The notes: generated from the sequence alone by a model not told the origin. Positions 47,411 through 58,210 are shown, counted from the first letter of the stretch. The stretch is DNA of 64,000 nt from an uncultured Thermodesulfobacteriota bacterium (GCA_964457755.1 CAYWGC010000001.1:64332-128331); one strand, 5' to 3'. Numbers and translations are program-made.

Positions 47411-49075
47411 ATGTTTGGCAAATCTTTGGTAAAAATATTTTTGATCTTTCTGTTTAGTAATTGTTTGACTCTTGCCAGCGCTGATACAGTAGTGGTCAGC
47501 CAAAAGCATTTTTTCGGCAATAACGAGAGTACTGACAACTTCCCAAAAAACTCGACCAAACCCGCTTGGCCAGAGCTGGGCAAGGGGAGCTCTGGCCAAG
47601 CCAACAAAAGACCCGACTATCGAAAACTACTCCCCGACCTAAAGAAACTTCCAAAATCAGAAGCAGGCTACATCCTCTACACCCACTACGAAACCATCAC
47701 AGAAACCCTTCTGGGAAAAGAGATCTCCATTCCTGTAACCCGAATCCATATCATGAACGGTAACGGAGAGCGGCAAAGCCATCTCATCAACCCCGGCCGC
47801 TACCGCCAGGCGCAATCCCCCTGGTGGTCGGCCGAGGGCCGCAAAATTGTCTTTGCCAGCGACCATAAGATGGCCAAAAGCGCCCTCTACATGGATATCT
47901 TTGTCGCTGATCTGGATAAACATAAGGTTACCCGCATCACCGGAAATGACTGGCAACCGGGGAAAAAGCAGGGCAAGGGCACCATCTTCGGGATGATTAT
48001 GGAAAATGGCTGCAGCTTTCCGGGAGGTTCCAGCGAAATCAATATCACCTGCCAGGGTCTAAACGGCGCTATCCACCACATTCACGGCCAGGTTCAGATC
48101 AACCCAGCCAACCCTAACCACCCCAAGCTCCCGCAAAATGAAGCCGTGGTCACCGTTGTCGGTTCTGGAGCCCAGCCCGACTTGACCGGCTTTCAGGCTA
48201 CAGGCTACAATTATACGATCACCGATGTGCCGGCCGGGCCGGTCTGGGTCAAGTGCTGGTTCTCCAAACATCTGGGCGATCTCAAGCTGGTTAATGTCCC
48301 GATTAACGGTGAGGCTCAGGTCGAAACCATGAATCTGGCCCAAGGGAACTTTCTCGTCAGCCACCCAAGTCTTTCGCCGAACGGGCGCTACCTGGTGGTT
48401 CTTTCCGAAAACCCTTTTACCCAACCGGCAGCGAAATTTGCCGGCCAACCGCAAAAACAACTGGGTTTTGATACCGTAGCGGTGGTCGATTGTCAAAAAC
48501 CTGGAGCCTCAGCAAAACTCTGGAATCCAACCCAGATGGGAGGTCAATACGCTAAAGATCCAAAGATCTCACCAGATGGTAAATGGATCGCTCTGGCTCT
48601 GGGGGAGACCGGGGTCGAGTCCCTGGCCGTCACCTCTTTGAGCAGCCTGCTCAAGGGTCAGCCCGACATCAGGATAATCAAGTCGGGGCAAAAGTTCTTC
48701 GGCAGTCACAGCTTAGGCAACGTCAATCCGGCTTGGTCACCCGACGGTAAAAGTTTAAGCTTCGTCCACTATAAAATGACCACCGCAGGCCTCAACGGCA
48801 ACCTCTGCCGCATCAACCTCGACGGCAGCAATTTCCAGAGGCTTACCGAGCTGGCTGCCAACCAGTCCCCGGCAAACTCATCATGGTCGCCCGATGGTCT
48901 AAAGATAGCATACCAATTGGTCTCCAGTCGCGGCCCCCGGTTACATGTCAATGATCTTATACTGCGCAATATAAAATCGGATATCTGGGTGATAAATGGG
49001 GACGGTTCTCAAAACCAGACGCTGACTAAAGATGGTAAAAGCGGTGAGCCGGCCTGGGGACAACCCGATAGTTGA
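47411..49075 (+). CDS. Secreted TolB-like/PD40 beta-propeller repeat protein
   Basis: 554 aa with a signal peptide. Repeated SPDGK/SPNGRY/WSPDG PD40-type blades. Confidence 0.6.
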   Translation: MFGKSLVKIFLIFLFSNCLTLASADTVVVSQKHFFGNNESTDNFPKNSTKPAWPELGKGSSGQANKRPDYRKLLPDLKKLPKSEAGYILYTHYETITETLLGKEISIPVTRIHIMNGNGERQSHLINPGRYRQAQSPWWSAEGRKIVFASDHKMAKSALYMDIFVADLDKHKVTRITGNDWQPGKKQGKGTIFGMIMENGCSFPGGSSEINITCQGLNGAIHHIHGQVQINPANPNHPKLPQNEAVVTVVGSGAQPDLTGFQATGYNYTITDVPAGPVWVKCWFSKHLGDLKLVNVPINGEAQVETMNLAQGNFLVSHPSLSPNGRYLVVLSENPFTQPAAKFAGQPQKQLGFDTVAVVDCQKPGASAKLWNPTQMGGQYAKDPKISPDGKWIALALGETGVESLAVTSLSSLLKGQPDIRIIKSGQKFFGSHSLGNVNPAWSPDGKSLSFVHYKMTTAGLNGNLCRINLDGSNFQRLTELAANQSPANSSWSPDGLKIAYQLVSSRGPRLHVNDLILRNIKSDIWVINGDGSQNQTLTKDGKSGEPAWGQPDS

Positions 49076-49222
49076 TTTTTTTACAGACAGCATCTCTGGC
49101 TGCAGCTCTAACCAGTCCCGACAAAGCGCGGCGGCGCAAACTTTTAGAGCTACTCAATTTTACAATTTTGTGGTATTAGTCCGCGCTTAACTGTTCTAAT
49201 CTTTTTTGGAGTAACCCCCGCC

Positions 49223-50974
49223 ATGTTATCATTTGCCGAACTGGGCCTCAACCCCGACCTGCTGAAAGGCCTTGACAAACTGGGCTTTGCCACCCCGACA
49301 CCAGTCCAGGAGGAGGTTATCCCCCGGCTTCTCAAACTGGAAGACGATCTCATCGGCCTCTCCCAGACCGGAACCGGCAAAACCGCGGCCTTCGGCCTCC
49401 CCATCATTCAGATATTAGAGCGCAACCAAAAAAAAACTCAAGCTTTAATCCTCTGCCCAACCCGGGAACTCTGCGTGCAAGTAACCAAAGATCTTAACAC
49501 TTATGCTCATTTCCTTCCCGAAACCAAAATTGTCGCTGTTTACGGCGGTGCCAGCATCGTCACCCAGAGCCGCCAATTACAACGGGGAGCTCATATTATT
49601 GTGGCCACACCGGGGCGTCTGCTGGCCTTCATCAGACAAGGCGAAGTTGATATTTCATCTATCCGGGCGGTCATTCTGGACGAAGCTGATGAGATGTTGC
49701 AGATGGGTTTCCAGGAGGATCTTAACGATATTCTGGCCGCCACCCCAACAAGTAAAAAAACCGTCCTCTTCTCGGCGACAATGCCGCGTGAAGTTATCTC
49801 AATCTCTAAACGCTACATGAAAAATCCGGTCGAGGTGACCATCGGCGAACGTAATCAGGGAATCGAAAATGTCCGCCATATCTACTATCTGGTCGCCGCC
49901 AAAAATCGTTACCAGACTTTGAAAAGAATCGCCGACAGTAACCCCGATATCTACGCCATTATCTTCTGCCGCACCCGGCAGGAAACCAAAGATGTCGCCG
50001 AAAAACTGATAAGCGACGGTTATAACGCCGACGCCCTGCATGGTGAACTCGCCCAAGGCCAGCGCGATTTTGTCATGAACAAGTTCAGACGCCGCAATCT
50101 GCAGCTCTTAGTCGCCACTGATGTTGCGGCCCGGGGCCTCGATGTCAAGAACTTAAGCCATGTCATCAACTACAATCTACCCGATGATATCGCCAGCTAT
50201 ACACATCGCAGCGGCCGCACCGGGCGGGCCGGCAAAGAGGGAATTTCAATCGCCATCGCCCATCTGCGGGAGAAGTACAAAATCAAACAGATCGAAAGAC
50301 AACTCAAGAGAACTTTTGAACCAGGCCGCGTCCCCTCCGGCCCGGAGATCTGCCGACAACGCATCCTGCACCATCTCGACCTTCTTAAAAAGAGTGAACA
50401 TGACACCACTTACATGAAGCCCTTCCTGCCGGCCATCTTCGAAAGCCTCGCACCGTTAGAGCGCGAGGAGCTTATTGAACGCTTTATCCTGGCCAAATTC
50501 GCCCCCATGCTGGATTATTACCGCAAAGCTCCAGATCTCAACGAGAAAGAACCTGAGAGTAAAGGGCGTTATGAACGCGGCCCGCGCAGTGACCGAAAAA
50601 CCGGTGACAGCCGCCCCCGTAAAGGGATAAGGGGTGACGATGCAAAAGGTCAGGAAGAGTTTACCCGCTTCCATCTCAATGTCGGCAAAAAAGATGGGGT
50701 CAACGCCGGGCGCCTGATTGGCGAAATCAACGATGCCGCCGGCAGAGGTGTCAGAATCCAGGTTGGCCGCATCGAACTTAAGGGAGACTCCTGCCTGCTT
50801 GAGGCTGAAAGTCGTTTTGCCAACGATATCATCCGCACCTTTTCCAATCTCCAGATCAATGGCCGTAAGGTCGTGGCCCGAGTCTGCAGTGAAAATGAAA
50901 AGATGACCCCCAGGTCAAGACCTAAAGCACCCCACCCCATCCGCAAAAAAAGTACAACTAAAAAACGTTACTAA
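49223..50974 (+). CDS. DEAD-box ATP-dependent RNA helicase with C-terminal DbpA-type RNA-binding domain (DeaD/CsdA-like)
   Basis: [32 protein letters not shown] Lys/Arg-rich linker is followed by a DbpA-like RBD (FTRFHLNVGKKDGV…). Confidence 0.85.
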   Translation: MLSFAELGLNPDLLKGLDKLGFATPTPVQEEVIPRLLKLEDDLIGLSQTGTGKTAAFGLPIIQILERNQKKTQALILCPTRELCVQVTKDLNTYAHFLPETKIVAVYGGASIVTQSRQLQRGAHIIVATPGRLLAFIRQGEVDISSIRAVILDEADEMLQMGFQEDLNDILAATPTSKKTVLFSATMPREVISISKRYMKNPVEVTIGERNQGIENVRHIYYLVAAKNRYQTLKRIADSNPDIYAIIFCRTRQETKDVAEKLISDGYNADALHGELAQGQRDFVMNKFRRRNLQLLVATDVAARGLDVKNLSHVINYNLPDDIASYTHRSGRTGRAGKEGISIAIAHLREKYKIKQIERQLKRTFEPGRVPSGPEICRQRILHHLDLLKKSEHDTTYMKPFLPAIFESLAPLEREELIERFILAKFAPMLDYYRKAPDLNEKEPESKGRYERGPRSDRKTGDSRPRKGIRGDDAKGQEEFTRFHLNVGKKDGVNAGRLIGEINDAAGRGVRIQVGRIELKGDSCLLEAESRFANDIIRTFSNLQINGRKVVARVCSENEKMTPRSRPKAPHPIRKKSTTKKRY

Positions 50975-51059
50975 AAAGAACAATTAAAAAACACGAACAA
51001 GATACTTCTAAGAAATGCCCACAAGCAGAGCTTAAGAGAGGATCAAGATAGAGGTTTAA

Positions 51060-52319
51060 ATGCTGGAAAAACAATTACCTTTCTCACTCAACCAGATTAA
51101 TGAGATCGCCAAAACCCATCCCACCCCCTTTTATATCTATGATGAGGCAGCGATAATAAAAAATCTTGAAGCCCTGCATGAAGCTTTTGCCTGGGCTGAT
51201 TTCAAGGAGTATTTCGCAGTCAAGGCGACACCTAACCCTTTTCTCATGAAACTCATGAAAAAGCTCAAAGTCGGGGCCGATTGCTCATCTTTGCCGGAGC
51301 TTCTCCTTGCGGAAAAGGTCGGAAACGTTGGTGAAGAGATCATGTTCACTTCAAATAATACACCCGCCTCCGAGTATCGCCAGGCGAGCAATCTCGGAGC
51401 CATTATAAACTTTGATGATATCAGCCACTTAGCGTTCTATGAAGAGCAGGTTGGCAAACTACCGGAACTGGTCTGTTTTCGCTATAATCCGGGCCAGGCC
51501 AAAGAGGGAAACTTGATTATCGGCCATCCCGAAGAGGCTAAGTACGGCTTTACCAGAGAGCAGCTCTTCGCCGGCTATCGCTACTGCAAAGAGAGAGGCG
51601 TCAAACGTTTCGGCATCCATACGATGGTCGCCTCAAACGAGCTTGACTACACCTATTTCATCGAGACGGCTGAGATTCTTTTTACCCTGGTCAAGGAGAT
51701 CTCGCAAGAGCTTGGGATCTCCTTCGAGTTTGTCAATCTCGGGGGCGGCATCGGGATCCCCTATCGGCCTGAAGATAAGGCCGTAGACCTCGTTAAAACC
51801 GGAACCGGCATCAGATCCAGATATGAAGAGATTATCTTAGATGCCGAATTGCCGCCCGTAAAAATCTACCTGGAGTGCGGCCGTATGGTGACCGGCCCTT
51901 ACGGTTATTTGATTACCAAGGCCCAGCACCTCAAAAAAACCTACAAGACCTATCTTGGGGTTGACGCGACCATGGCCAATCTCATGCGCCCGGCTCTGTA
52001 CGGGGCTTACCACCATATAACCGTCCTCGGACGTGAAAAACAAAGCCCTAAAGTGCTCTATGATGTAACCGGCTCACTTTGCGAAAACAATGATAAGTTC
52101 GCTATCGATCGCGAACTGCCGGAGGTTAAGATCGGTGACTATCTGGTTATTCACGACGCCGGTGCCCATGGTCACGCCATGGGCTTTAATTATAACGGTA
52201 AAATGCGCTCAGCCGAAATTCTACTGCGCCCCGACGGCTCTATAAAACTGATTCGCCGGGCCGAAAACCTGGCCGACCTCTTCGCCACCCTCGATTTCGA
52301 AGATCTGGAAAAATTTTAG
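51060..52319 (+). CDS. Fold-III PLP-dependent decarboxylase (Orn/DAP/Arg decarboxylase family; diaminopimelate decarboxylase-like)
   Basis: 419 aa. N-terminal TIM-barrel region with the PLP-Lys context FAVKA. C-terminal beta-domain with the conserved Cys, GSLCENND. The exact substrate is not assignable from sequence. Confidence 0.6.
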   Translation: MLEKQLPFSLNQINEIAKTHPTPFYIYDEAAIIKNLEALHEAFAWADFKEYFAVKATPNPFLMKLMKKLKVGADCSSLPELLLAEKVGNVGEEIMFTSNNTPASEYRQASNLGAIINFDDISHLAFYEEQVGKLPELVCFRYNPGQAKEGNLIIGHPEEAKYGFTREQLFAGYRYCKERGVKRFGIHTMVASNELDYTYFIETAEILFTLVKEISQELGISFEFVNLGGGIGIPYRPEDKAVDLVKTGTGIRSRYEEIILDAELPPVKIYLECGRMVTGPYGYLITKAQHLKKTYKTYLGVDATMANLMRPALYGAYHHITVLGREKQSPKVLYDVTGSLCENNDKFAIDRELPEVKIGDYLVIHDAGAHGHAMGFNYNGKMRSAEILLRPDGSIKLIRRAENLADLFATLDFEDLEKF

Positions 52320-53710
52320 CCAAAACTTGATCCGTCAAAACAGTGCGTACAGAGCTTCTCTTTAGGCAGGCCGATGGCCGCAACCAGATCTTCAAGACGC
52401 TGGTAACGCAGTGTCGTCAACTGTAGGCGTTGCCGGATTATCTCAACCATCGCCAGATTCTTTTCTGAGCCGGCCGTCGCGTATTGATCCAGATATTTAT
52501 CCTCAGCCCCCTCCAACTCCTTAATGACGCTGCGACCAATCAAATCCAGAGTCGACCGGGAAGCGGAAAAATTGAGATATTCACAAGGAAATATCAAGGT
52601 CGGGCAGGCGGGCCTCATATGTACCTCCCGGGCGCCAAAGTCGAATAAAACTTTGACATTTTCTCTGAGTTGCGTCCCCCGCACAATTGAATCATCACAG
52701 AACAACAGGCGTTTGCCTTCAATCAACCGGGGCACCGGGATAAGCTTCATCTTGGCGACCAGATTCCGCAAGGATTGCTCTTGGGGCATAAAACTGCGCG
52801 GCCAAGTCGGGGTATATTTGACAAAAGGCCGCCGATAAGGAACTTTTTTGGCGTCGGCATAACCGATTGCATGACCGACCCCTGAATCAGGAATACCACC
52901 GACACAGTCGCAGACAGCATCATCGTTTTTAGCCAGACAAGCGCCACAGTTATTTCTGACATATTCAACATTGATCCCTTCATAGTCCGATGCCGGATAA
53001 CCGAAATAGACCCAGAGAAAAGAGCATATCTGCATCTTATCACCTGGCGGCAGCCTTTGTTCCCAGCCTTCAGCGGTTATAAAAACAACCTCTCCGGGGC
53101 CGATGAAATGGTCGGTTTCAAAACCCAGATTACTGAAAGCACATGATTCTGAACTGACTGCGATAGCATTGTCCCGCCGGCCCAGAACTAATGGTGTCCG
53201 GCCCAGTTTATCCCGGGCTGCATAAATACCATCATCGGTGAGCAGAAGCAGAGAGCACGATCCTTTAATGGAATCCTGAACATTACGAATACCGTCAACA
53301 AAATTCTCCTCATCACAAATCAGTTTGGCCACCACCTCGGTAGGATTCATGACCCCGTTAGTCGTATCGGAGAAATAGTGACGATCGGAGTAAGCTTTGG
53401 CAACCAGCTCTTCCATATTATTAATCTTGCCGACCGTAACAATCCCAAAGGTTCCCATATGAGAGCCAATAATCAAAGGTTGGGGGTCAGTGTCACTGAT
53501 CACGCCGATCCCCTTTTTACCCTCAAAAGAGTTCAGCTCCGACTCGAACTTGGTGCGAAAGTAATTATTCTCGAGATTGTGGATAGAGCGCTGAATACCT
53601 TGGGAGTTACAGATCCCCATGCCACCGCGCTTGGTCCCCAGATGAGAATGATAATCAGTCCCGTAAAAAAGCTCAGTCACACAATCTTCCCTGGAAACCA
53701 GACCAAACAT
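52316..53710 (-). CDS. Amidophosphoribosyltransferase (PurF)-like protein lacking the N-terminal Cys nucleophile
   Basis: Ntn-glutaminase-like N-domain plus a PRTase domain (LLFCDDSIVRGTQL). The N-terminus is MFGLVS (or MGGMFGLVS) instead of PurF MCGIVG, so Cys1 is replaced by Phe. Confidence 0.6.
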   Translation of the reverse strand: MFGLVSREDCVTELFYGTDYHSHLGTKRGGMGICNSQGIQRSIHNLENNYFRTKFESELNSFEGKKGIGVISDTDPQPLIIGSHMGTFGIVTVGKINNMEELVAKAYSDRHYFSDTTNGVMNPTEVVAKLICDEENFVDGIRNVQDSIKGSCSLLLLTDDGIYAARDKLGRTPLVLGRRDNAIAVSSESCAFSNLGFETDHFIGPGEVVFITAEGWEQRLPPGDKMQICSFLWVYFGYPASDYEGINVEYVRNNCGACLAKNDDAVCDCVGGIPDSGVGHAIGYADAKKVPYRRPFVKYTPTWPRSFMPQEQSLRNLVAKMKLIPVPRLIEGKRLLFCDDSIVRGTQLRENVKVLFDFGAREVHMRPACPTLIFPCEYLNFSASRSTLDLIGRSVIKELEGAEDKYLDQYATAGSEKNLAMVEIIRQRLQLTTLRYQRLEDLVAAIGLPKEKLCTHCFDGSSFG

Positions 53711-53784
53711 ACCACCCATGAAGTTCTCCCTTCGTTAATTTTATCAAGCTGTTAATTTAAGTTACTAACCTAACCGGAAAACCA

Positions 53785-55485
53785 TCACAATTCTATCTCG
53801 ACAAGGTTTCCGGCTTGAAGTTCAAAGGACTCGACTATAGTTATTTTTGCCGAGCTATGTTGTTTCTGCTGATAGTTGATTTTATAGGTTCCGGGGGCTA
53901 GGGCTATAGGACCAAAATTACCTTTTAGGTAACTGCCATTAAGCTGCACCTTACGACCCTGATCTGAAGACTTGTCAAGATCCACAAATTCAATAAGATA
54001 TGGTGGAGCAACCCCTACCGGCAGAATAAAGGCAACCCCAGTGTTTAGCGAAAACTCATTCATCTCTCCGGCTGCAACCTCCACTGCACCAAGAAATGAG
54101 GAGGTACTGCCATGTTCTGAAAAATGATATGAAAGTTGATATCTACCGGCCGGAACCAGTTGCGGTGCAAACTGCCCCATAAATTTTAAAACAACTCTGT
54201 CAGAATTTTGGGCATCAATTTTTTTTAGTTCCCAATAATAAATCTTTTTTTGGACCCAGTCAGCTGGCACCGGATTGAAAGCTGTGCTGACCTCAACATC
54301 ATTGAGTTTGTCCGGTTCAAGATTAACCCGTTGCAGGATAACACTTGGTGCATAATGTTCGCTCTGCTGCCAGATGAGATCATATGCGCCGGCAGGCACG
54401 AGAAAGGGCTCAAATTTTTGGAATCTAACCACAACTTCCCCGCTTTGCGGATCACGCAGGGCCCAAAAATAAGGTTTTTTTACCCAAGCTGGCCGATTCA
54501 GGCGCAGGGCCGTAAAAAGCGGAATTTCAACCTCTTCTCCAGATCTGATTTTTACAACCTCTGCGAGGGTGACTTCAGAACTATAATGCTCATACTGTTT
54601 CCAGGCTATCTGATACTCGCCAACCGGAACGATGGTGGTCTCCAGGGTCTGAAATGAGCCTTTTTCCACACCGGTTTCCGGATCAATCAGTTTCCAGTAA
54701 TACGGTTTCTTCAGCCAGGGCTGATATTTGAATGAGATACGCCCCGGCCGGTCTATTTTAATCTTGATTGACTTAGAAGATCCCGCGGCTGATACCTGCT
54801 GTTTAATCTCTTCTGGTTCCGGGACCGACTCCGGCACAACTATCGGAGTCTTACTGACAATACTTTTCTGCACCGAAGAGAGGGTATCAAGCAGTTCACC
54901 GGCATTGGCAACTGAAAAATAGCTTCCCCCGCCGGCTGCAGCGATACAGGCAAGTTGCTCCGAGGCCTCTTTATCAACATCGAGACCGACCGTATGGATG
55001 ATAAATTTAATCCCCGACTCTTTTAAGGTTTTTGTCAGGGCGCAGGGATCTCCACCACAGGTTTCGATACCGTCACTAACCAGAATAATGGTCGTTTCCG
55101 ACTCTTGATCTCGCAATTGTTCTGCCACCTGTTTGATGCTTGCCGCAATCGGGGTTTTCCCTTTTGGTTTTATCAAACCGATAGCGTTAATAGCCTTTTC
55201 CCGATCAAGTGGACCAAGAGCTATGATTTCCGTAATATCTGAACAATCGCCTTTTCGCCGATGACCATAAACCGTCAATCCGGAATCGACCCCAGCTGGC
55301 ATCTTCGAGATCAGGCGGGTCATAACTCTTTTGGCGGCGACAATTTTCATTTCACCATCAATCCGCCCCCACATGGAGCCCGAACCATCGAGAATATAGT
55401 AGAGCGATGCGGCCCCAGCCAAACTATAAAACGCAAAGCAAAATAAGAGTGTAAAAAGGAAGAGTATTTTTCGCTTCAACATCAT
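53785..55485 (-). CDS. Secreted von Willebrand factor type A domain protein with C-terminal repeated domains
   Basis: 566 aa with a signal peptide. VWA MIDAS-type start YYILDGSGSM. At least three repeats follow, each anchored by WVKKPYYW(A/K)L-DP-tG. Confidence 0.7.
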   Translation of the reverse strand: MMLKRKILFLFTLLFCFAFYSLAGAASLYYILDGSGSMWGRIDGEMKIVAAKRVMTRLISKMPAGVDSGLTVYGHRRKGDCSDITEIIALGPLDREKAINAIGLIKPKGKTPIAASIKQVAEQLRDQESETTIILVSDGIETCGGDPCALTKTLKESGIKFIIHTVGLDVDKEASEQLACIAAAGGGSYFSVANAGELLDTLSSVQKSIVSKTPIVVPESVPEPEEIKQQVSAAGSSKSIKIKIDRPGRISFKYQPWLKKPYYWKLIDPETGVEKGSFQTLETTIVPVGEYQIAWKQYEHYSSEVTLAEVVKIRSGEEVEIPLFTALRLNRPAWVKKPYFWALRDPQSGEVVVRFQKFEPFLVPAGAYDLIWQQSEHYAPSVILQRVNLEPDKLNDVEVSTAFNPVPADWVQKKIYYWELKKIDAQNSDRVVLKFMGQFAPQLVPAGRYQLSYHFSEHGSTSSFLGAVEVAAGEMNEFSLNTGVAFILPVGVAPPYLIEFVDLDKSSDQGRKVQLNGSYLKGNFGPIALAPGTYKINYQQKQHSSAKITIVESFELQAGNLVEIEL

Positions 55486-55650
55486 TTTCTCCTTTACAGG
55501 TATTGAAATTTTAACAAATACTTGACTGCATCATAAAAAATCCGACTTCCCCCAAGAATCCCTACCAGCCATAATAAATACTGTCAAACATTTTAAAAGG
55601 ATAAAGGATGAAGGATGAAAACCACTAAAACTCACATAGAGAAAGCTTGT

Positions 55651-55745
55651 TATTTTGCTTCGCCCTGCTTCGCAAGAGGACACGACCCAGCTCGGCTCGG
55701 GCTAAAGCCCTGCCTGGAGACATGTCCCCGACCCGAGACAGAGCG
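55651..55745. repeat. Dispersed intergenic repeat, family A copy 4 (between the VWA and radical SAM genes)
   Basis: ttattttgcttcgccctgcttcgcaag… followed by a GC-rich palindromic segment cccagctcggctcgggctaaagccc…ccccgacccgagacag. Confidence 0.4.
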
Positions 55746-55772
55746 AAATAATACATAGCAGTCCTGGGATCT

Positions 55773-57404
55773 TTATTTTACTGAACTCTTAAAAAAATCT
55801 CGGAGAAACTTCCTGGTTAATACCAGCGCGGTCGGATGTTCATAAACCTCACCCTCAGGCGTAATCCCGCGAATTACGCCATCATTAAAGAACCAACTGA
55901 GCAGCAAAAGTCCCCTCTCGTGACGTTCAGAATAAGCGGAGAGATCAAGATCACAAAAGGGCTCAGGCGAAGGCAGGGTAACCTGCTCTTTTTGCAGGGA
56001 TTTAATAAAATTTATTATACGGCTCAACCGCAGCAGGGTTACGCTCTCCAAGCGACTTGTCGTATGGTTGAGAGGGAGAGCGCTGGAACGCATCAGGGAG
56101 AGGTGCAAGGGCAGGAGACCAAGGTCAGCGGCGCGACTGTAATCAAGACTGCCCGGAGCCGGATAGAAAACCGACAGTCCGGCAATCGTATTTTGCCGGG
56201 CCAGACGCAAAAGATCATCAAGCGAAGTTTCAGCCTGCTGCCCGGGAGCCCCGGCAATAATGTAGGATACTGCCTCAAGTCTGTGTTTTTGGCAAAGTTG
56301 CAAAACCCGAGCGTGGGCCCGACCGACATCCGGACGGCGAAACTGTTTAAGTTGTTTGCTGTCAAAACTGCCGACCGCTAAATTTAGGGTTTTAAATCCG
56401 GCATCTCGCATAGCCACAATCATCGCTTCATCAAGCGACGGTGGATAGAGCCCGTTCATAGCCCGCAACTCAAAATTCCGCATCTTTCGCAACTCTGAAA
56501 TCCCGGCTATCAGATCCATAAACCAGACCCGATCTAGGGTCAGGTTCTCATCTTCAAAATCGATAAAACCGACATTTTCAGCCCCAACAGCCCGCTCAAT
56601 TTCGCGCAGAACTGACGCCACTCCTCGCTTCCGGTAAGGCAGTCCTGTATCTGCACTAACCGCACAATAACTGCAACACAAAGGACAACCCCGACTCGCC
56701 ATAATCACCGCACTTCCCTGCTGCTTGCGCTGGTAGAAAGAGCTCTTCACGAGATGGGTTGCCGGCAAAGGCAATGCGTCTGGAGCATCTATAACTGCGG
56801 GCTCGGCAATCTTCAGAGAACCATCCTGGCGCCGAAAAACAAGTCCCAAAATCCGACTTAAGAGATCATCGTCAGCCGCCCGCCCCTCTTTCAGCGCGGC
56901 CGCCAATTTAGGCATCGCAATCTCACCTTCGCCGCGGATGACATAATCGACTGCAGCACATTCCATAACCATCTCCGGCATGGCCGTGGCATGGTGACCA
57001 CCAACCACGATGCAACAGCCGGGGTATTGCTTTTTTATGGCCGCCGCAGTCTGCAGAGCACTCTCGCAGTAAGGCGTAAACAGGGCTGAAATCCCCACCA
57101 GAAAAGCCCCGGACTGGCGAGCCAACATCCCAAGATGGGAAAAACTGTAACCAAAATGGCGATAATTATGGAAAAGCGCGAAGGGCGAGGTGTCCGCCCT
57201 GCCGTAATGCGGCTCAAGATAGGCCATCTCTGCCGGCCAGGGTATAACTTTACTCTTGTTTGTCGCCAGGCCATCAATAATCGATACTGCAAACCCCTGC
57301 GCTTCGAGATTTGCGGCAATGCAGGCCAAACCATAAGGAATGGTTCGTTTAGCAGTCAGGAAAAAATCCTCGATCGGGGGTTGGACCAGAACAATATCAG
57401 GCAT
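55773..57404 (-). CDS. B12-binding domain-containing radical SAM protein (class B)
   Basis: 543 aa. N-terminal cobalamin-binding Rossmann-like region (MPDIVLVQPP…GGHHAT). Radical SAM cluster motif CPLCCSYC (CX3CX2C). Confidence 0.8.
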   Translation of the reverse strand: MPDIVLVQPPIEDFFLTAKRTIPYGLACIAANLEAQGFAVSIIDGLATNKSKVIPWPAEMAYLEPHYGRADTSPFALFHNYRHFGYSFSHLGMLARQSGAFLVGISALFTPYCESALQTAAAIKKQYPGCCIVVGGHHATAMPEMVMECAAVDYVIRGEGEIAMPKLAAALKEGRAADDDLLSRILGLVFRRQDGSLKIAEPAVIDAPDALPLPATHLVKSSFYQRKQQGSAVIMASRGCPLCCSYCAVSADTGLPYRKRGVASVLREIERAVGAENVGFIDFEDENLTLDRVWFMDLIAGISELRKMRNFELRAMNGLYPPSLDEAMIVAMRDAGFKTLNLAVGSFDSKQLKQFRRPDVGRAHARVLQLCQKHRLEAVSYIIAGAPGQQAETSLDDLLRLARQNTIAGLSVFYPAPGSLDYSRAADLGLLPLHLSLMRSSALPLNHTTSRLESVTLLRLSRIINFIKSLQKEQVTLPSPEPFCDLDLSAYSERHERGLLLLSWFFNDGVIRGITPEGEVYEHPTALVLTRKFLRDFFKSSVK

Positions 57405-57502
57405 AGAAATTAATGGCGTCCTTACAACAATAAATGTCAGAGATGGTAAATTAATAAAGATAACTTTTGCTAAAGAACTACTCCAGCTGACAATCCAAAC
57501 AT

Positions 57503-58210
57503 CTACTCATCATGATCCCCTGATTTTAATTCGCCGCGCAATAGCAACGGCATAATTTCGGGGTTACTTAAGAAAAAACGATATGCCATAACCGCAAAAC
57601 GGTCAGGATTAGCGGCCCACACAAACACGTTGATGTTTTCAAACCCTGATAGAACTTCGCCCGGCCAAAGGTCAAGAACTTTTGTCTTTTCCGGCTCTTT
57701 CATTGTCTTGATCTGGACTACGTAGGCAACAAATTCATGCAATGACCGGTCAACGCCTTGATTATGCTGCTTCAGGATGAGATGGTAAAGGTGATGGGCC
57801 GCTTCATGGGTTATTGTCGAGATGTGAAATTCATTTGTAATATTACAACCGAAAATTTTTTTACCCTGCAGTACTCTTCTGTAAGGGATCTCACACCATC
57901 CTGTTCTGGGATCATACAATCCGTGAGTCTCTTGTTGTTGAGCTGAATTTTCTGCCAGCGCAGCCTGCACACTCTTTTTGAACTTAACGTTAACCGACTG
58001 ATTAAAGACATATCCGTACAATTTAAAAAAGTTCTCAGCCCTTCTTATTGCTTCTGTGGCGGCATCACAGTCAGACTGTTCATCACAAATAACCAGTCCA
58101 CCCTGTCCCCGCAAATCAGAATAGATCTCAGTGGCGAACACACTCTCTACAGGCATACTATAAAGCAATGCCAGAATTGTCGCAGCAAGAATGTTTAGCA
58201 GAAAGAACAT
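57503..58210 (-). CDS. Secreted hypothetical protein with HExxH zinc-metallopeptidase-like motif
   Basis: 235 aa with a signal peptide. THEAAHHLYH (HEXXH) is the only recognisable motif. Confidence 0.5.
   Translation of the reverse strand: MFFLLNILAATILALLYSMPVESVFATEIYSDLRGQGGLVICDEQSDCDAATEAIRRAENFFKLYGYVFNQSVNVKFKKSVQAALAENSAQQQETHGLYDPRTGWCEIPYRRVLQGKKIFGCNITNEFHISTITHEAAHHLYHLILKQHNQGVDRSLHEFVAYVVQIKTMKEPEKTKVLDLWPGEVLSGFENINVFVWAANPDRFAVMAYRFFLSNPEIMPLLLRGELKSGDHDE

Noticed and set aside
55620-55760. Possible 45-aa small ORF (MYYFALSRVGDMSPGRALARAELGRVLLRSRAKQNNKLSLCEF) downstream of the B12-radical SAM gene, considered as a RiPP precursor
   Set aside because: No ribosome-binding site. 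It lies inside the GC-rich palindromic family A repeat copy. The composition is Arg/Leu-rich like a translated hairpin. Much more likely non-coding.
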